A stretch of DNA of 36,231 nt from Nitrospinota bacterium. GTDB lineage: Bacteria; Nitrospinota; Nitrospinia; Nitrospinales; VA-1. Shown piece after piece: positions 18,028-27,920 of the stretch. Both the position numbers and the translations under genes were made by a program. The stretch covers positions 1-36,231 of the forward strand of contig JAYNIA010000024.1 of the NCBI GenBank assembly GCA_038108555.1, in the 5' to 3' direction. Positions within the stretch are counted from its first letter, which is position 1. Each line of letters starts with the position of its first letter. The notes below the pieces were generated by a model. That model saw only the letters and a list, made by a program, of their open reading frames with translations. It was not told the origin of the DNA and did not search any database.

Positions 18028-19266
18028 TTATACCGTTATACTGTTAGCAAAAGCTTCTTCAAAATTATCCAGTTTGGGTTCGATTACAACCGGGGCTTCA
18101 AAGCAATCTGCTAAAGCTTCCTGGGTTTTCAATCCATTTCCCGTGATGCAAATAACAGTTGTTTCGTCGGGTTTGATTCGACCCTGCTCTACCAGCTTTT
18201 TGGTAACTCCAACCGTTACCCCACCCGCAGTTTCCGTGAATATGCCTTCTGTTTCTGCTAATAGCTTCATGGACTCTTTCACCTCATCATCAGAAACATC
18301 TTCGCCATAACCCCCACTCGTGTTTGCCGTTTTAATACCGTAATATCCATCCGCCGGGTTGCCAATAGCGATGGATTTAGCGATGGTATTTGGTTTTACC
18401 GGTTTAATATTGTCACTTCCATTTTTGATGGCGGTGGTTACCGGGGAACAGCCTGTAGCCTGTGCTGCAAAAACTTTGGTTTGAACTTTGTCAACCAGCC
18501 CCAACATTTCAAACTCGTGAAATGCCTTCCAGATTTTTGTGATCAGTGAGCTTCCTGCTACGGGGACCACAACATTATCCGGGGTTTTCCAGCCCAGTTG
18601 CTCGGCTATTTCATATCCATAGGATTTTGATCCGTCACCATAATAAGGGCGGATGTTGATGTTAACAAAAGCCCATTTGCGGGTATCGCCAATTTCACTG
18701 CATAAACGGTTAACGTCATCATAGCTTCCTTTAACCGCTATCAATTGGGTACCATAAACAAGAGTGCCTAATATTTTACCCGCTTCAAGTCCGTCGGGAA
18801 TGAAAATGCAACTTTTCAATCCCGCTTCTGCGGCGTGGGCTGCAACAGAGTTTGCCAGGTTTCCTGTAGAGGCGCATGAAACGGTATCGAACCCAAACTC
18901 AATTGCTTTGGAGACTGCAACCGCAACGACCCTGTCCTTAAAAGAGAAGGTGGGGTGATTAACACTGTCATTTTTTATGTAGAGGTTATTTAACCCCAGG
19001 ACTTTTCCAAGGTTTTTAGCTTTAACCAATGGGGTAAACCCGGTGTGTAGTCCCACCTTTGGGTCTTCGTCGATGGGAAGCAGGTCTTTATACCGCCACA
19101 TGGTGGGAGGTCCCGCCTGGATGGACTCTTTGGTTACAACCTTTTTAATGGCTTCATAGTCGTAGTTACACTCCAGAGGACCAAAACAAAATTCACAGAC
19201 GTGAATCGGCTCTTTGGGAAATTCTTTTCTACATTCTTTACAAATTAAACCTTTTACATGACCCAT
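18028..19266 (-). CDS. thrC: Threonine synthase-family PLP enzyme
   Basis: N-terminal CxxC...CxxC, PTFSFKDR (PLP Lys), CASTGN, SIAIGNP and ITGNGLK. ATG 19266 follows GAGGA. Confidence 0.85.
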   Translation of the reverse strand: MGHVKGLICKECRKEFPKEPIHVCEFCFGPLECNYDYEAIKKVVTKESIQAGPPTMWRYKDLLPIDEDPKVGLHTGFTPLVKAKNLGKVLGLNNLYIKNDSVNHPTFSFKDRVVAVAVSKAIEFGFDTVSCASTGNLANSVAAHAAEAGLKSCIFIPDGLEAGKILGTLVYGTQLIAVKGSYDDVNRLCSEIGDTRKWAFVNINIRPYYGDGSKSYGYEIAEQLGWKTPDNVVVPVAGSSLITKIWKAFHEFEMLGLVDKVQTKVFAAQATGCSPVTTAIKNGSDNIKPVKPNTIAKSIAIGNPADGYYGIKTANTSGGYGEDVSDDEVKESMKLLAETEGIFTETAGGVTVGVTKKLVEQGRIKPDETTVICITGNGLKTQEALADCFEAPVVIEPKLDNFEEAFANSITV

Positions 19267-19328
19267 CCAACAATTCCTCAAATTTTTAAACAAGCAGATA
19301 GATTGCCTGTTTGATTAATTTTATTTAG

Positions 19329-20255
19329 CTAAAAATATTGGTTAAAGCTAAAGTAACGTTCTCCGGTATCTGGCAATACAACGACAACATTTTTACCGGG
19401 GCCTAATTCTTTTGCTACCTCATTTGCCGCACAACATGCAGCCCCTGCGGAGACCCCAACTAATAGTCCTTCTTCCTTTCCAAGTCTCTGTGCGTATAAA
19501 AAAGCATCCTCATCAGTAACAGGGCGAATATGATCCAGAAGATCCAGATTTAAAACATTGGGCTTGAACCCTGCTCCTATACCCTGAATCTTGTGAGGTC
19601 CGGGCGGGTTTCCAGATAGGACTGCCGAAGTCGCGGGTTCCACACCAACTATTTTTACATTGGCATTGTGCTCCTTTAAAACTTCGCCAACCCCTGTTAC
19701 CGTTCCTCCGGTTCCAATTCCTGCTACAAATCCATCGATTGATTCCCCGTCCATGGCTTCAATAATTTCGGGAGCCGTTGTTTTTCGGTGGACTTCCGGA
19801 TTGGCCGGGTTATTAAACTGTTGGGGCATGAAATAATCCGGATTTTCCGCCAACAGTTCTTCAGCCCTTTCTATGGTGCCTTCCATTCCAAATTCGGCCC
19901 GGCTAAGTTCTGTTTTTGCACCAAAACTTTCCAGAATCATCCGCCTTTCGGTGCTCATATTTTCCGACATGACGAGAATGACATTATACCCTTTAATGGC
20001 ACCTACCAGTGCGAGGCCAATTCCTGTATTTCCGCTTGTCGGTTCAATGATGGTAGACCCTGGTTTTAAAAGACCCTTTTTCTCAGCATCTTCCACCATG
20101 GCCAGAGCAATTCGGTCCTTAACACTGCCCCCTGGGTTGAAAAATTCCAGTTTGGCATAAATGTTGGCACCATTTTCGGGAATAACGTTATTCAGTTTAA
20201 CTAATGGTGTGCCACCGATCAACTCTAAACTATTAACAAATTTGGATTTAAGCAT
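19329..20255 (-). CDS. cysK: Cysteine synthase A (O-acetylserine sulfhydrylase)
   Basis: NPGGSVKDR, EPTSGNTG, QQFNNPAN, PHKIQGIGAGF and PDTGERY. Confidence 0.95.
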   Translation of the reverse strand: MLKSKFVNSLELIGGTPLVKLNNVIPENGANIYAKLEFFNPGGSVKDRIALAMVEDAEKKGLLKPGSTIIEPTSGNTGIGLALVGAIKGYNVILVMSENMSTERRMILESFGAKTELSRAEFGMEGTIERAEELLAENPDYFMPQQFNNPANPEVHRKTTAPEIIEAMDGESIDGFVAGIGTGGTVTGVGEVLKEHNANVKIVGVEPATSAVLSGNPPGPHKIQGIGAGFKPNVLNLDLLDHIRPVTDEDAFLYAQRLGKEEGLLVGVSAGAACCAANEVAKELGPGKNVVVVLPDTGERYFSFNQYF

Positions 20256-20422
20256 TTTGACCCAAATGAAAGCGAATTATTTTCTGGTTTGTTATTGAAA
20301 GTCCACCTTGGCAAGCCATTAACAGGCGAACGAAGGAGAAATTATATCCTAAAAGAAACAATACTATGCTTTAGATCGGCTATGAATTCAAGCCATTTAT
20401 GGGATTTTAGGGGGAGAAAAAA

Positions 20423-22921
20423 TCAACTCCTTGACTGTCTGTTTTTGCCTAGCCCACGTAGGCGCTTTTTGAATTGCTGGGTCACGAATTGGGAGTCTTC
20501 TTCGTTGGATATGACATGGGGGGTGATGAATATCATCAACTCGGTTTTTTGAAGAGTGGTGGATTCGGTACCAAACAATCTGCCAACCACAGGCAAATCT
20601 TTAAGAAATGGGACTCCAGATACCGTATCGGTCGTATTGGTTCGCATAAGGCCGCCCATCACCAGAACCTGATTATCTTTTAAAACTACCTCAGTATTCA
20701 CCTGGCGGGTATTGAAAGAGGGGGTATTTCCCACATCCGCACCCCGGCTGGAAATTTCCTGGTTAATTTTTAAATTAACAAAGTTTTCGGAATTGATTTT
20801 TGGAGTGATATCCAATTTGATTCCGACACTTCGAAATTCAACCGTGGTCGATGTTACAGGTTCCACAGTATTGGTGGTTAGGGTTGTCGAGTTGATCGGG
20901 ATTTCATCGGTAATGGAAATGTTTGCCGCTTTATTATCCGAGGTTACGAGTATGGGATTTGCAAGAACATTGGCTTTTGAATCCGATGCAAAAAGCTGCA
21001 ACTGTGCAACGACTTTCGTGGGATCTCCAATAAAGAAACTACCCCCGGGAAGAAAGGATGCCGTAGCTGTATCGATTCCTGCTCCAAGTAATGTGTCTCC
21101 TGTTCCAAGAGCCTTGTTCGCTCCCCCTGCAACCGTTGTTGAACCTGCAGTTCCTTTAAGTGCGAAATCCACGCCGATATCTGTGGACTCATCGACAGTG
21201 AGATCAACAATGAGAACTTCAATTAAAACCTGTTGAGGAAGCAGGTCGAGTTTGTTTATGAGGGCCAAAATAGCCGGGTAATTCCTTGGGCTGGTCCGGA
21301 TGATAAGCGAATTGGTATCCGGGTCGGGAATGATAGTAATATCGCCTTCAATATCTTCATTGATATCACCCGTCAACTCCAGATTGGGTCGGGTGGTGTT
21401 TGTTGTATTGTCTGTTGAAGTTTGTGTCGTAGCTCCCGATATATTTGCTGTCGACGGGTTATTACTATTGTTTGTCGAAGAATTTGCCTTGGTATTATCA
21501 GAAGTTGTTTCACCGGTGAAGATCCCATTTAGCAAACCGGACAGCGCAGCCGCATCCCCATTTTGGACATAATAAACAAACGTGCTCACCTCTCCTTCGG
21601 AAACAGGCTGATCAAGACGGTTCACCCAAAACTCGATGGTGGGCAAAATTTTGTCAAAGGCGTTTACCACCAAAACGGAATTGAGTCGGGTGAGGGAAAG
21701 GAAAGAGAGTGAATCGCCTAATGCTTCCTTATACCCCATCGATGTAAATATTTCCTCGAGTTCTTTAACCAGGGTTTCCGAATCTGCATTGCGTAATTTA
21801 TAAAGTTGAATGTCTGATGATGCCAGTTTGTCAATATCAAGTGCTTGCACAACCTTGATGATACGCTTAACGTTATAAGCCATTTCGATCATCATCAAAT
21901 TGTTGGTTTCGGGAATCTCAATGAAACTCGCGTTGGTCGTCAACAAGGGGCTGATGATCTTTTTCATGGACTCAACAGAAATATACTTCAAAGGCACAAT
22001 TTGAATGATCATGCGTTCCTTGTCAGGTATGTTGGGATCGTTCGAATAATGAATGCTTAAAGGCTTCTTGGCGGCATCCGGTGCCTGAAGGAATCGGTAA
22101 AAATTACCGCTTTTAACGACAGCGACATTGTTCAAGGCAAGGATTTGCTCAAGGACAGAATAGAGATCTTCAACGGGAATTTTGTTAAAAGTCTGCAATG
22201 TGACTTTTCCTTCAACACTTCCTTCAATGACATAGTCGATTTTAAGGAGTTCACAAAAAGTTGTGATGACATCGTAAAGTTCAGTTCCTTCAAAGTTCAG
22301 GGTGATGTGTTTTGCCTGCTTGAGTTCTTCAGGGAGTTTGGGTTCAACTTCAACTATCGTTTGGATTTTGTCGAGTGAAGTGTCCTTTTTCTTTTGCAGT
22401 TCTATCTTCTCAACTTTGTTCTCAAAAATATCGCTGTTTGGAGATAAGGGTGCTTCCGGTTCAATTTTAGCTTTCACCATTTCAGAAGCCTTTTCGACCT
22501 CTGCAGTTAAATCTTTGGCTATGAAAAATTTGTTGCCCAGGCTATCCCGAACCAGATACCATGTTCGACCATTATCAAAACCCCTTTCTACACGAACCAG
22601 TTCAAACTCGTCATCTTTGGCAGCATTTCCAACCTTCAGGTATTTATTTCCCGGCCCTCTGCGCAACGGTGTGTTGTCGCCGGTAACACGGATCTTTTTT
22701 GCTTCCTGCTGAGGTTGAATTTTCTTTAACTTGTTCTTGTCAATCAACTCCTCAGTAGGGTTTTTCGTTTCATTAGAGACAGTTTTTTCCGGAAGCTTCA
22801 TGGCATCAATAGAGTCGGTTTTGTTTTTCAACCGATTCATTGTTGATTTTTTATTTAAGCTGCACCCATGTATAAACAGAGACAGGGATATTAAATAGAT
22901 TGTGATAAGTTTTTTGTTCAT
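20423..22921 (-). CDS. gspD: Type II secretion secretin; lipoprotein with N-terminal SH3b-like domain
   Basis: Lipobox-like IHGC, ITLNFEG (N0), N1-N3 repeats, QVLIEVLIV, and SGVPFLKDLPVVGRLF...ELMIFITPHVI secretin core. Confidence 0.95.
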   Translation of the reverse strand: MNKKLITIYLISLSLFIHGCSLNKKSTMNRLKNKTDSIDAMKLPEKTVSNETKNPTEELIDKNKLKKIQPQQEAKKIRVTGDNTPLRRGPGNKYLKVGNAAKDDEFELVRVERGFDNGRTWYLVRDSLGNKFFIAKDLTAEVEKASEMVKAKIEPEAPLSPNSDIFENKVEKIELQKKKDTSLDKIQTIVEVEPKLPEELKQAKHITLNFEGTELYDVITTFCELLKIDYVIEGSVEGKVTLQTFNKIPVEDLYSVLEQILALNNVAVVKSGNFYRFLQAPDAAKKPLSIHYSNDPNIPDKERMIIQIVPLKYISVESMKKIISPLLTTNASFIEIPETNNLMMIEMAYNVKRIIKVVQALDIDKLASSDIQLYKLRNADSETLVKELEEIFTSMGYKEALGDSLSFLSLTRLNSVLVVNAFDKILPTIEFWVNRLDQPVSEGEVSTFVYYVQNGDAAALSGLLNGIFTGETTSDNTKANSSTNNSNNPSTANISGATTQTSTDNTTNTTRPNLELTGDINEDIEGDITIIPDPDTNSLIIRTSPRNYPAILALINKLDLLPQQVLIEVLIVDLTVDESTDIGVDFALKGTAGSTTVAGGANKALGTGDTLLGAGIDTATASFLPGGSFFIGDPTKVVAQLQLFASDSKANVLANPILVTSDNKAANISITDEIPINSTTLTTNTVEPVTSTTVEFRSVGIKLDITPKINSENFVNLKINQEISSRGADVGNTPSFNTRQVNTEVVLKDNQVLVMGGLMRTNTTDTVSGVPFLKDLPVVGRLFGTESTTLQKTELMIFITPHVISNEEDSQFVTQQFKKRLRGLGKNRQSRS

Positions 22922-23496
22922 ATTTTTTTTCCGCCTTCCGGTTCCAGCTCCTTTATAAAACCTGTTACCAACAGGCGAGTTTGCAGGTCTTCGGGTTCTT
23001 TTTTGTTTAATCTTCTCGACCGAAATTCTTCAATCACTAAAAATTTTTGGTGGTTTTCGATTCGCATTAAAAATAAGGACAGGTTTTTCAAGCTGGAACG
23101 GACAGTAATTTGTACCGGGACAGCCAGTAACCCTTCAATAAATTTGGGTTTTTCTACCCGTGTTTTTTCAATGGTTACTGTTCCATTCGAAAAGCCCTGC
23201 AGTAGCTTTTGCAGCCCGGCGGCTGCAAGACCGGGTTCTTTTTCCGCCAAAAACTTTTTTTGCAGAGAAGATTTTATGTTTTTATTTGCTGCTTCCTTTG
23301 CCTGGTAATAGGAGGTCTGGTTCAAAACCTCATAATATTTTTCAATGAAATTGATCTTGTCCTTTATTTTTCCATTAATGGAAATCTGTTTTTCATAAAT
23401 TGGTTCCGCAACTAAAAAGAAAAACAAGTAGCAGACAACAAAGATCCCGCCGCCCCATAAAAATTTTTTATCTCTTTCTCCAATGTTAAGCGTCAT
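22918..23496 (-). CDS. gspM: T2SS GspM/PilO-like inner-membrane protein
   Basis: ERDKKFL plus a TM segment, AAAGLQ, and a ferredoxin-like LSLFLMRIE...LVIEE region. Position between gspL and gspD. Confidence 0.8.
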   Translation of the reverse strand: MTLNIGERDKKFLWGGGIFVVCYLFFFLVAEPIYEKQISINGKIKDKINFIEKYYEVLNQTSYYQAKEAANKNIKSSLQKKFLAEKEPGLAAAGLQKLLQGFSNGTVTIEKTRVEKPKFIEGLLAVPVQITVRSSLKNLSLFLMRIENHQKFLVIEEFRSRRLNKKEPEDLQTRLLVTGFIKELEPEGGKKI

Positions 23497-24971
23497 AACT
23501 GGGGCTCCAGTTTTGCCCGGATCGTGAATTTTTCCCCGATCGATTCTCTGATAATTGAACCCACAAACCCGGTTTTTTTAAAGCTTGGTGATTTTTCAAT
23601 CAGAGGAACCAGTTTTGAAGCCGCTGGTGAAAATCCTTTTATTTCCATTTCACCTTTTTCGAATTTAATATTTGTCAGCCAGGTATCCCTTGGAAGAGAC
23701 TGGCTTAATCGGTCGAGCAGGGGAAGCTTTGCCGGATATTGTTTGTCGATCGCATTTAAAATATCCACATACTGCTGGATCGAAATATGTTCCAGGTCTA
23801 TTTTTTCCAGACTCGCAACTTCTCCTTTAATTTCTTTTAATTGGTTGTCCAAAGAGTTGAGCGTTTTGTTGTTGTAGTAGATTTGGCTGCCAATCCAGCC
23901 GCCAATGCAAAGCACAATAGTTGCGGCAAGTGCCAGTGAGGTCTTTGGGTTTGACTTGCTTCTTTTGGGTCTCAGGTCATTGGGCAATAAGTTGGTTTGG
24001 ATCTTTTGAATTTTAAGTCCTGATAAGGCCAAGCCCAAAGCAGTCATCATATGACTGGCAGAAAAAGATTGGGATGATGCCGGGGTAACAGAATCGGGAG
24101 CATCAAATAGAATGGTTGAAACCTCGGTTTCATTTTCAATGTTGTTGGTAATCTGCGAAGCAAGGGGCCCACCTCCAAAAATATAAATCTGGTCCACGGT
24201 CTCATTTTCTTCAATTTTCTGGCAGGAAGACAGAGCTTGCTCCAATTCCTCCACAACTTTTTGGGATATGGCCTCAGAAAGTTTTTCTATCGAACCAGGC
24301 GATGCATCTTTGGTTGGAAACGCATTATTTCCTTTCAAATTGTCCCAGGTCTGGCTTCTTGAGAATTCAATGATTCCATTCTTGATTAAAACTATATCCA
24401 GAGCTCTTGGGCTGATGTCCGCCAAAGCAGAAACACCGGTGTCCTTGGGTTGAACCGGTATTGTGAGGTTTGCGTTTATAAAGGTTGAAACATCGAGGAT
24501 CGTGGGTTTTAAATTCAGTTTGTGAATGAGTTCAAGATAGTAATCTGCAATTTCTTTTTTAATTGCAGCAGAAGCTACGTGAAACACATTTCCCGGTTTT
24601 GGATTGAGCTGGTAGGTGTAATATAAATTTTCAAGACCCGATGAAAAATGGCGTTCCAGTTCAAAATCAACCATGGATTGCACGGTTTTTATGTCCGGGG
24701 CGGGTAGTTCAAAGGTTTTAAACATTATGAGACTTCTGGGAAGGCTTACCACTACTGATTCCGGCCAGGAGTTGTTTTCGATTAAAAATTTGTTTACCTG
24801 GTTCAGGAAGTGCTTCTCAGCTTTTTCGTCTTTGCCCGTCAGTAGTTTTAGTTCAATAAACTCACCTGCGAGTACTTCAGCCATGCGAAGCTTTTTCCCG
24901 ATGAGGGTGAGGGCAACAGAATCTTCCCGAATATCGATCCCTAATGATTTTTCAAGAAATACTGATTTCAT
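23493..24971 (-). CDS. gspL: T2SS GspL (PilM actin-like plus PilN fusion)
   Basis: SLGIDI actin-like start, ALGLAL, NLLP, a TM segment, and the PilN-like LSQSLPRDTWLTNI...IKGFS. Confidence 0.85.
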   Translation of the reverse strand: MKSVFLEKSLGIDIREDSVALTLIGKKLRMAEVLAGEFIELKLLTGKDEKAEKHFLNQVNKFLIENNSWPESVVVSLPRSLIMFKTFELPAPDIKTVQSMVDFELERHFSSGLENLYYTYQLNPKPGNVFHVASAAIKKEIADYYLELIHKLNLKPTILDVSTFINANLTIPVQPKDTGVSALADISPRALDIVLIKNGIIEFSRSQTWDNLKGNNAFPTKDASPGSIEKLSEAISQKVVEELEQALSSCQKIEENETVDQIYIFGGGPLASQITNNIENETEVSTILFDAPDSVTPASSQSFSASHMMTALGLALSGLKIQKIQTNLLPNDLRPKRSKSNPKTSLALAATIVLCIGGWIGSQIYYNNKTLNSLDNQLKEIKGEVASLEKIDLEHISIQQYVDILNAIDKQYPAKLPLLDRLSQSLPRDTWLTNIKFEKGEMEIKGFSPAASKLVPLIEKSPSFKKTGFVGSIIRESIGEKFTIRAKLEPQL

Positions 24972-26005
24972 AAGTTCAATACGTTGTCATTCCAATAATG
25001 AATAACCATTTGTGGTGTTCCATCCTTTACAGTTTTTTCTACCACCGCTTCTACCGTATGCTCTGTTCTGCTATCTGTAATTTTTCCGGTTGAGGTTATT
25101 CGGAAAAAATTAGATAGCGTGTCTGAATGATAGCCTTTCGAAGAAATGTTTCCCAAAATTTCACTCACTTGTTCGGGTTGATATAAAATTTCCAACACCT
25201 CTTTGCTGGCTGTATTCGGGTTCACCGCTGCAATTTTGTAAACGGTGAGAAAATTCACAATTCCTTTATATTGTTTTTCATCGTCTTCTTCGTCTTCTCC
25301 TTCGTCTTCAGAACCGTATAGAATCTCTTTTGTGATGCCTCGGACTTTTAAGAGTTCATCCAGCGTTTCAATCTTCCCATTTTTGGCAAAGTAGGGTGGG
25401 CTTTGCTGTCTGTAATAATCATCTTCAGCGCCATTGAGTCGATGGTTCTTGTCTGCATCGATCCAGTCCAGTATGGAATCGGATATGGTGCTCCTTTCGA
25501 TTTTGTCTTCGACCCCGGAGTATTCAAGAAGTTTGTCCAGCGTATTTTTATCCGCTGAGTTAATGGAAATTTTTCCATTTTCATCTCGAATGGTGTAGGT
25601 GATGGTTCCATTCTCCAGTTCGATGTCTGTTCTATTGACAATGTCAAAATCTTGAACCTCTTCTTCACCCTCTAATTCTTCCGTAGTTTCGGTCGCTGGG
25701 TTCTGTGGTTGAGCTCCTGTTTGGTTTCCCGTTTGGCTGCCCGTCGGTTTAATATTTCCGGTAATCCACCCATGTTCTTCATGGATCGAGTGGAACCGTG
25801 CTTCCTTAAAAAGTTCAGCTAATGCTAAATTTAGGCCTGCTTTAGATAAATAATAGCTTTCCGTATCCTCTTTATAATTCCTGGTGGTGTTGACCTCCAT
25901 TTTCATGGAAAAGGCAAATTCTGTTGCCAAAGCGATCAGAATGACCAAAACCCATAAAACTGCTATCAGGGCAATGCCTTTCTGGTTGTTATCAGGCTTT
26001 GTCAT
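24968..26005 (-). CDS. gspK: T2SS minor pseudopilin GspK
   Basis: QKG|IALIAVLW (no Glu5), DENGKISIN, ILDWIDAD, ELLKVRG and VNPNTA. Confidence 0.93.
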   Translation of the reverse strand: MTKPDNNQKGIALIAVLWVLVILIALATEFAFSMKMEVNTTRNYKEDTESYYLSKAGLNLALAELFKEARFHSIHEEHGWITGNIKPTGSQTGNQTGAQPQNPATETTEELEGEEEVQDFDIVNRTDIELENGTITYTIRDENGKISINSADKNTLDKLLEYSGVEDKIERSTISDSILDWIDADKNHRLNGAEDDYYRQQSPPYFAKNGKIETLDELLKVRGITKEILYGSEDEGEDEEDDEKQYKGIVNFLTVYKIAAVNPNTASKEVLEILYQPEQVSEILGNISSKGYHSDTLSNFFRITSTGKITDSRTEHTVEAVVEKTVKDGTPQMVIHYWNDNVLNL

Positions 26006-26861
26006 TTTCCTTTTCCTTCTTCTTGGGAACTGCAATTTCCATTCCAGAATTAAGTAAAACTACTATTGGAGCCGAAAAAAAGGTTTCAGAATCCTCTTCT
26101 TTTTCGGCATTTTCCTCGTCCATTTTTGGGGTGATTCCTATGGATATTTCCACAGCCCTTGGCAGGGAAATTTTATTGGCTTTTTCAAATGCCAGGGTGG
26201 GGTTGGTTGGGGTCTCCTGATCGACTTGGAAGGGGTCCATAGCAATCCGGTTGACCCATTCGCCGGAATGGGTCGGGCTGTTTGAATCACTGGTATCTTC
26301 AATTTCACTGGGTTGAAGTTTCTTAACCTGGTAGTAGCGCAACTTTAATTCGGTAACATCCTCAGCCAGCAGGAAATATTGAGTGGTTTCTTCTTTGGGA
26401 ATAATGCGGGAAAAAATATCACCTTGCGATATTTCTTTCTCCATTAGTATCAATCCCTGTTTTTCTGAATCCGGATGTTTCCCCGTATAAAACTTTACTT
26501 CATGAATCCAGGAACCCTGATCGGTTGCTGTAATGGGGGAAGCAAAGGTGACAAACCTCAAGGATTTGGAATCTCCATCAAACGCCATGATCCTGTGACC
26601 TTTTTCGATGGGAACCCCATCTTTCTGAGATACAAATACCGGATAGGTTGATTGAAGTTTCTGGGTGAGATGTTCTGTGATAATTCTAAGACGCTGGTAG
26701 ACATCTGCTTTTTTCTCGCCTGCATCCCGTGCGGTGATACCCAGCCGGACTCCACCCAGGCCAAAAGCGACTATGATCGCTACAATTGCCAGAGCTAAAA
26801 TAAGCTCAAGCAGGGTGAAGCCACCTTGATTGTTTGAGACTGTTTTTTTTAACAATTTCAT
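25992..26861 (-). CDS. gspJ: T2SS minor pseudopilin GspJ
   Basis: QGG|FTLLELIL prepilin motif, C-terminal LPRAVEI, and gene order. Confidence 0.88.
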   Translation of the reverse strand: MKLLKKTVSNNQGGFTLLELILALAIVAIIVAFGLGGVRLGITARDAGEKKADVYQRLRIITEHLTQKLQSTYPVFVSQKDGVPIEKGHRIMAFDGDSKSLRFVTFASPITATDQGSWIHEVKFYTGKHPDSEKQGLILMEKEISQGDIFSRIIPKEETTQYFLLAEDVTELKLRYYQVKKLQPSEIEDTSDSNSPTHSGEWVNRIAMDPFQVDQETPTNPTLAFEKANKISLPRAVEISIGITPKMDEENAEKEEDSETFFSAPIVVLLNSGMEIAVPKKKEKENDKA

Positions 26862-27484
26862 CAGTTTCCTGAAACATGTGCGGTTCCCGAGCCACTAATG
26901 TTAACTGTGCTGGAGCCACAGATGTTTGTGCTTGTGGGTGCTTGGGTTGATGTTGAAGCGTCTGACTGCGAGGTGTCATCCTGACCATCAGAACTGATGG
27001 ACCCGGCTCCTCCTTTGAACAATTGCTCCAATTTTGTATCTACAACGGGATGGGTCTGTCCTTCCAGTCGCAGGGTTGCCAGTTCAATATTCCGGGCGTT
27101 TCCATTGTCGTTCCATAAAACTTTCAACAATACTTTTTGTAACTGTATGCTGGAGTCTTCGTCATTCAACTCCGAATCGTAGGGAGAGATATTCAGTTCC
27201 CAACGATAATTTTCTTCGTTTTTAAAATTTCCAGAACTGTCATCTACTGCAAAATTTTGAATCGCCAGCTCATTCATTTTCGAGTTTGCGAGAGTGACGG
27301 CTTTGAGGTACTGTCCTGAAAAGTCGACCGAGCGTACACTGCCCGAGAAAAGATTGAGCACGGCAAGGAAACCTCCCGCCAGAATTGCCAGCGCAACGAC
27401 AACTTCAAGGAGGGAGAACCCGGTTTCACTCCTCAACAAGTTCGATTTTGGATTTTCCTGTGATTGGATCAATTTTGATTGCAT
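26861..27484 (-). CDS. gspI: T2SS minor pseudopilin GspI with Ser/Thr-rich tail
   Basis: ETG|FSLLEVVVAL and AVTLANSKM. Start uncertain (ATG 27484 or a TTG nearer the motif). Confidence 0.85.
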   Translation of the reverse strand: MQSKLIQSQENPKSNLLRSETGFSLLEVVVALAILAGGFLAVLNLFSGSVRSVDFSGQYLKAVTLANSKMNELAIQNFAVDDSSGNFKNEENYRWELNISPYDSELNDEDSSIQLQKVLLKVLWNDNGNARNIELATLRLEGQTHPVVDTKLEQLFKGGAGSISSDGQDDTSQSDASTSTQAPTSTNICGSSTVNISGSGTAHVSGN

Positions 27485-27920
27485 ACACAAGTGGCTCGTC
27501 TTCACTTTCAGAAGATTGCAGGTGAATGGTTCCCGCACTTGAGTTTCCTCGGGGATAAAAATTTATAACAAAGGTTCCGTCAGAGAAGTTTTCTTCGTCC
27601 CCCTCATAGTTTTTGATTCGTACCGATTCATCAAGGGTTTTTGTTTGTGTAACTTCTTTCTCTTTTGGAATCGCAAGCCAATACTGGTTTTCATTGATGT
27701 TTGCATTGAAGGTAAATAAGGTTTTTTTAGTGATGGCTTCGCTACGGGCAAATTGCAAGGCCGAGGCCATTTGCCGGGCCTCGGATTGGAGCTTGATGCG
27801 ATCCAATGTTGAAACCACAAAGGGCAGGGTGAGCCCGGCGATTAAAGCCATCAAAAACAGAACCAGAAGTATTTCCAGTAATGTGAAACCGCCATTTCCC
27901 AGACAGCGTGGTTTATTCAA
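27426..27920 (-). CDS. gspH: T2SS minor pseudopilin GspH/FimT-like
   Basis: NGG|FTLLEILL, LQFARSEA and INFYPRG. Start uncertain (TTG 27920 overlapping the gspG end; the ORF is open to 27980). Confidence 0.85.
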   Translation of the reverse strand: MNKPRCLGNGGFTLLEILLVLFLMALIAGLTLPFVVSTLDRIKLQSEARQMASALQFARSEAITKKTLFTFNANINENQYWLAIPKEKEVTQTKTLDESVRIKNYEGDEENFSDGTFVINFYPRGNSSAGTIHLQSSESEDEPLVYAIKIDPITGKSKIELVEE

